NCBI GenBank assembly: GCA_964016885.1
Contig: OZ024743.1
Coordinates: 140,244,001-140,308,000 of the forward strand
From: Eledone cirrhosa
Taxonomy: Eukaryota
DNA: 64,000 nt
Reading direction: 5' to 3'
Under the pieces are notes generated by a model. That model was given only the letters and a program-made list of their open reading frames with translations, had not been told where the DNA came from and made no database searches. This document shows, in pieces, positions 60,601-64,000 of this stretch (positions within the stretch are counted from its first letter, which is position 1; every line of letters starts with the position of its first letter). Both the position numbers and the translations under genes were made by a program.

Positions 60601-62399
60601 TGGTGTTTGGTGCTTGGTGTTAGGAGTTTGGTGCTTGGTGCTTGGTGTTTGGTGTTTGGTGCTTGGTATTTGGTGCTTGGTGCTTGGTGTTTGGTGTTTG
60701 GTGCTTGGTGTTTGGTGCTTGCTACATGGTGCTTGGTGCTTGGTGTTAGGTGTTTGGTGCTTGGTGCGTGGTGTTTGGTTTTTCGGTGCTTGGGGCTTGG
60801 TGTTTGGTGTTTGGTGCTTGCTGCTGGCTGCTTGGTGTTTGGTGCTTGGTGATTGGTGCTTGGTGTTTGGTGCTTGGTGTTTGGTGTTTGGTGCTAGGTG
60901 CTTGGTGCTTGGTGTTTGGTGATGATTGGTGCTTGGTGCTTTGTCTTTGGTGCTTGGTGTTTGGTGTTTGGTGCTTGGTGCTTGGTGCTTGGTGTTTGGT
61001 GCTTGGTGCTTGGTGTTTGGTGCTTGGTGCTTAGTGTTTGGTGCTAGGTGCTTGGGGTTTGGTGTTTAGTGCTTGGTGCTTGGTGTTTGGTGCTTGGCGC
61101 TTGGTGCTTGGTCTTTGGTGTTTGGTGTTTAGTGCTTGGTGCTTGGTGCTTGGTGTTTGGTGCTTGGTGCTTGGTGCATTGTGATTAGTGTTTGGAGCTT
61201 GGTGCTTGGGGTTTGGTGTTTGGTGCTTGGTGCTTGGTGTTTGGTGATTGGTACTTGGTGTTTGGTGCTTGGTGTTTGCTGTTTGCTGTTTGGTGTTTTT
61301 GGTGTTTGCTGTTTGCTGTTTGGTGTCTGCTTTTTGGTGTTTGGTGTTTGCTGTTTGGTGTTTGGTCTTTGGTGCTTGGTGTTTGATGCTTGGTGTTTGG
61401 TGCTTGGTGCTTGGTGTTTGGTGTTTGGTGCGTGGTGACTGGTGCTTGTTGTTTGGTGATTGGTGCTTGGTGTTTGCTGTTTGGTGTTTGGTGTTTGGTG
61501 TTTGCTGTTTGGTGTTTGGTGCTTGGTGCTTGGTGCTTGGTGTTTGGTGCTTGGTGCTTGGTGTTTGGTGCTTGGTGCTTGGTGTTTGGTGCTTGGTGCC
61601 TGGTGCTTGTTGTTTGGTGATTGGTGCTTGGTGTTTGCTGTCTGGTGTTTGGTGTTTGGTGTTTGCTGTTTGGTGTTTGGTGCTGGGTGCTTGGTGTTTG
61701 TTGTTTGATGCTTGGTGTTTGATGCTTGGTGCTTGGTGCTTGGTGTTTGGTGTTTGGTGTTTGCTGTTTGGTGTTTGGTGCTTGGTGCTTGGTGCTTGGT
61801 GTTTGGTGCTTGGTGCTTGGTGTTTGGTGCTTGGTGCTTGATGGTTGGTGTTTGTACTTGGTGCTTGGTGCTTGGTGTTTTGTGCTTGATTCTTGGTGTT
61901 TGGTGCTTGGTGTTTGCTGCTTAGTGCTTGGTGTTTGGTGTTTGGTGCTTGGTGTTTGGTGCTTGGTGCTTGGTGCTTGGTGTTAAGTGTTTGGTGCTTG
62001 GTGTTTGATGTTTGGTGCTTCATGCTTGGTGCTTGGTGTTTGGTGCTTGGTGCCTGGTGCATGGTGTTTGGTGCTTGATGCTTGGTGTTTGGTGTTTGGT
62101 GCTTGGTGTTTGGTGCTTGGTGCTTGGTGCTTGGTGTTAGGTGTTAGGTGTTTGATGCTTGGTGCTTGGTGTTTGGTGTTTGGTGTTTGGTGTTTGGTGT
62201 TTGGTGTTTGGTGCTTGGTCTCTGGTGCATGGTGTTTGGTGCTTGGTGCTTGGTGTTTGGTGCTTGGTGCCTGGTGCTTGTTGTTTGGTGATTGGTGCTT
62301 GGTGTTTCCTGTTTGGTGTTTGGTGTTTGGTGTTTGCTGTTTTGTGTTTGGTGCTTGGTGCTTGGTGCTTGGTGTTTGGTGCTTGGTGCTTGGTGTTTG

Positions 62400-64000
62400 G
62401 TGCTTGGTGCTTGATGCTTGGTGCTTGGTGTTTGGTGCTTGGTGCCTGGTGCTTGTTGTTTGGTGATTGGTGCTTGGTGTTTGCTGTTTGGTGCTGCGTG
62501 CTTGGTGCTTGGTGCTTGGTGCTTGGTGCTTGGTGTTTTGTGTTTGGTGTTTGATGCTTGGTGTTTGGTGTTTGGTGCTTGGTGCTTGGTGTTTGGTGTT
62601 TGATGCTTGGTGCTTGATGCTTGGTGCTTGGTGCTTGGTGTTTGGTGCTTGGTGCTTGGTGTTTGTACTTGGTGTTTGGTGCTTGGTGTTTGGAGCTTGG
62701 TGCTTGGTGTTTGGTGCTTGATGTTTGGTGTTTGGTGCTTGGTGTTTGGTGCTTGGTGCTTGGTGCTTGGTGTTAGGTGTTTGGTGCTTCATGCCTGGTG
62801 CTTGGTGTTTGGTGCTTGGTGCATGGTGTTTGGTGCTTGGTGCCTGGTGCATGGTGTTTGTTGCTTGGTGCTTGGTGTTTGGTGTTTGGTGCTTGGTGCT
62901 TGGTGCTTGGTGCTTGGTGTTAGGTGTTAGGTGTTTGGTGCTTGGTGCTTGGTGCTTGGTGTTTGGTGTTTGGTGTTTGGCGCTTGCTGCTTGCTGCTTG
63001 GTGTTTGGTACTTGGTGATTGGTGCTTGGTGTTTGGTGCTTGGTGCTTGGTGTTTGGTGCTAGGTGCTTGGTGCTTGGTGCTTGGTGTTTGGTGTTTGGT
63101 GCTTGGTACTTGGGGCTTGGTGTTTGGTGCTTGGTGCTTCGTGTTTGGTGTTTGGTGCTTGGTGCTTGGTGTTTGGTGTTTGGTGCTTGGTGTTTGGTGC
63201 TTGGTGCTTGGTGCTTGGTGCTTGGTGTTTGGTGCTTGGTGCTTGGTGCTTGGTGTTTGGTGATTGGTGTTTGGTGTTTGGTGCTTGGTGCTTGGTGTTT
63301 GGTGCTTGGTGCTTGGTGATTAGTGTTTGGTGCTTGGTGCTTGGGGTTTGGTGTTTGGTGCTTGGTGCTTGGTGCTTGGTGCTTGGTTCTTGGTGTTTGG
63401 TGCTTGGTGCTTGGTGCTTGGTGTTTGGTGCTTGGTGCTTGGTGTTTGGTGCTTGGTGTTTGGTGCTTGGTGTTTGGTGCTTGGTGCTTGGTGCTTGGTG
63501 CATGGTGCTTGGTGTTTGGTGCTTGGTGTTTGGTGCTTGGTGTTAGGAGTTTGGTGCTTGGTGCTTGGTGTTTGGTGTTTGGTGCTTGGTATTTGGTGCT
63601 TGGTGCTTGGTGTTTGGTGTTTGGTGCTTGGTGTTTGGTGCTTGCTACGTGGTGCTTGGTGCTTGGTGTTAGGTGTTTGGTGCTTGGTGCGTGGTGTTTG
63701 GTTTTTCGGTGCTTGGTGCTTGGTGTTTGGTGTTTGGTGCTTGCTGCTGGCTGCTTGGTGTTTGGTGCTTGGTGATTGGTGCTTGGTGTTTGGTGCTTGG
63801 TGTTTGGTGTTTGGTGCTAGGTGCTTGGTGCTTGGCGTTTGGTGATGATTGGTGCTTGGTGCTTTGTCTTTGGTGCTTGGTGTTTGGTGTTTGGTGCTTG
63901 GTGCTTGGTGCTTGGTGTTTGGTGCTTGGTGCTTGGTGTTTGGTGCTTGGTGCTTAGTGTTTGGTGCTAGGTGCTTGGGGTTTGGTGTTTAGTGCTTGGT
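62400..64000 (+). repeat. Partial fourth copy of the 4.1-kb unit (matches ~59470-61080), truncated by the window end
   Basis: ORF pairs 59481/62418 (2937), 59994/62924 and 60134/63064 (2930), 60750/63673 (2923). Both share the TTCGGTGC 8-mer and TTGGTGATGA. Confidence 0.88.

Larger units (their letters stand above)
49400..61800 (+). repeat. Three tandem copies of a ~4.1-kb higher-order unit (offsets 4175, 4127, 4113)
   Basis: ORF triplets 49479/53654/57781, 49843/54018/58145, 50270/54445/58572 and 51706/55881/59994. The private core variant CTGCTTT CTGG occurs at ~49604, ~53779 and ~57906. Confidence 0.92.
1..64000 (+). repeat. 7-bp tandem satellite array (TTGGTGY)n, ~9,100 monomers, single orientation, runs off both window edges
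   Basis: Every line parses into TTGGTGC/TTGGTGT heptamers or 1-3 substitution variants (TTGCTGT, TTGTTGY, TTGATGC, TAGGTGY, TGGGTGC, TTGGTAC, TTGGTGA, TTCGTGY). All three + frames give the same 7-aa heptad, as expected for a 7-nt period. Confidence 0.99.

Noticed and set aside
1745-61370. Recurring conserved core separated by variable sequence, superficially CRISPR-like
   Set aside because: The intervening sequence is the same heptamer rather than unique spacers, spacing is hundreds to thousands of bp and irregular, and there are no cas genes or leader.
1-64000. Hundreds of + strand ORFs encoding hydrophobic WCLV[LF]G[AV] heptads (up to 707 aa at 22907-25030)
   Set aside because: The consensus heptamer has no stop codon in any frame, so long ORFs are automatic. 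All three frames give the same peptide, most starts are TTG/GTG from the repeat itself, and stops fall wherever a variant monomer introduces an A.
1-64000. Canonical telomere repeat (TTAGGG, TTTAGGG, TTAGG, TTGGGG)
   Set aside because: None occurs as a tandem array. TTAGG and TTGGGG appear only inside isolated variant monomers such as TAGGTGT and TTGGGGT.
1-64000. Cyanobacterial STRR-type heptamer repeat or a bacterial contingency locus
   Set aside because: Those are short arrays in or between genes. A gene-free 64 kb array with higher-order duplications does not fit, and the motif differs from the STRR motifs I know.
1-64000. Pure sequencing or basecalling artefact, or a synthetic sequence
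   Set aside because: Rare variants recur in the same order at fixed offsets with nested, graded divergence, which random error would not generate. Individual duplications could still be mis-assembled.
1-64000. G-quadruplex-forming array, and the coincidences 3x7=21 bp (two helical turns) and 21x7=147 bp (nucleosome)
   Set aside because: G-runs are almost all GG with 5-nt loops, giving at best weak two-tier structures. The length coincidences hold for any heptamer, and the observed higher-order unit lengths show no common nucleosome-sized multiple.
1-64000. Transposon insertion, inversion, or tRNA/rRNA gene hidden in the array
   Set aside because: I found no stretch that departs from the heptamer register by more than a few bases, and no CACCAA-oriented segment on the + strand.

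Overview
The whole 64 kb window is one uninterrupted, head-to-tail tandem array of a 7-bp satellite, consensus TTGGTGY (TTGGTGC and TTGGTGT intermixed; reverse strand RCACCAA), about 9,100 monomers (64000/7). The + strand is almost all G/T with some C and very little A. I see no strand switch, unique-sequence insertion, transposon, RNA gene or credible protein-coding gene. All ORFs in the track are translations of the heptamer (WCLV[LF]G[AV] on +, KHQ[AT]P[SN]T on -). The structure of interest is internal. Rare variant monomers act as landmarks and show (i) a recurring TTGCTGT-rich island with a CTGCTTT core, roughly 55 copies, (ii) nested higher-order duplications of 350, 427, 517, 629, ~2300, 2881, 3287, ~3750, 3955 and ~4100-4175 bp, and (iii) two regionally segregated subfamilies of variants. 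This most resembles eukaryotic heterochromatic satellite DNA (centromeric, pericentromeric or subtelomeric), but the organism and function cannot be determined from this window. Offsets come from matching landmarks and identical ORF translations by eye; block edges are approximate unless stated.
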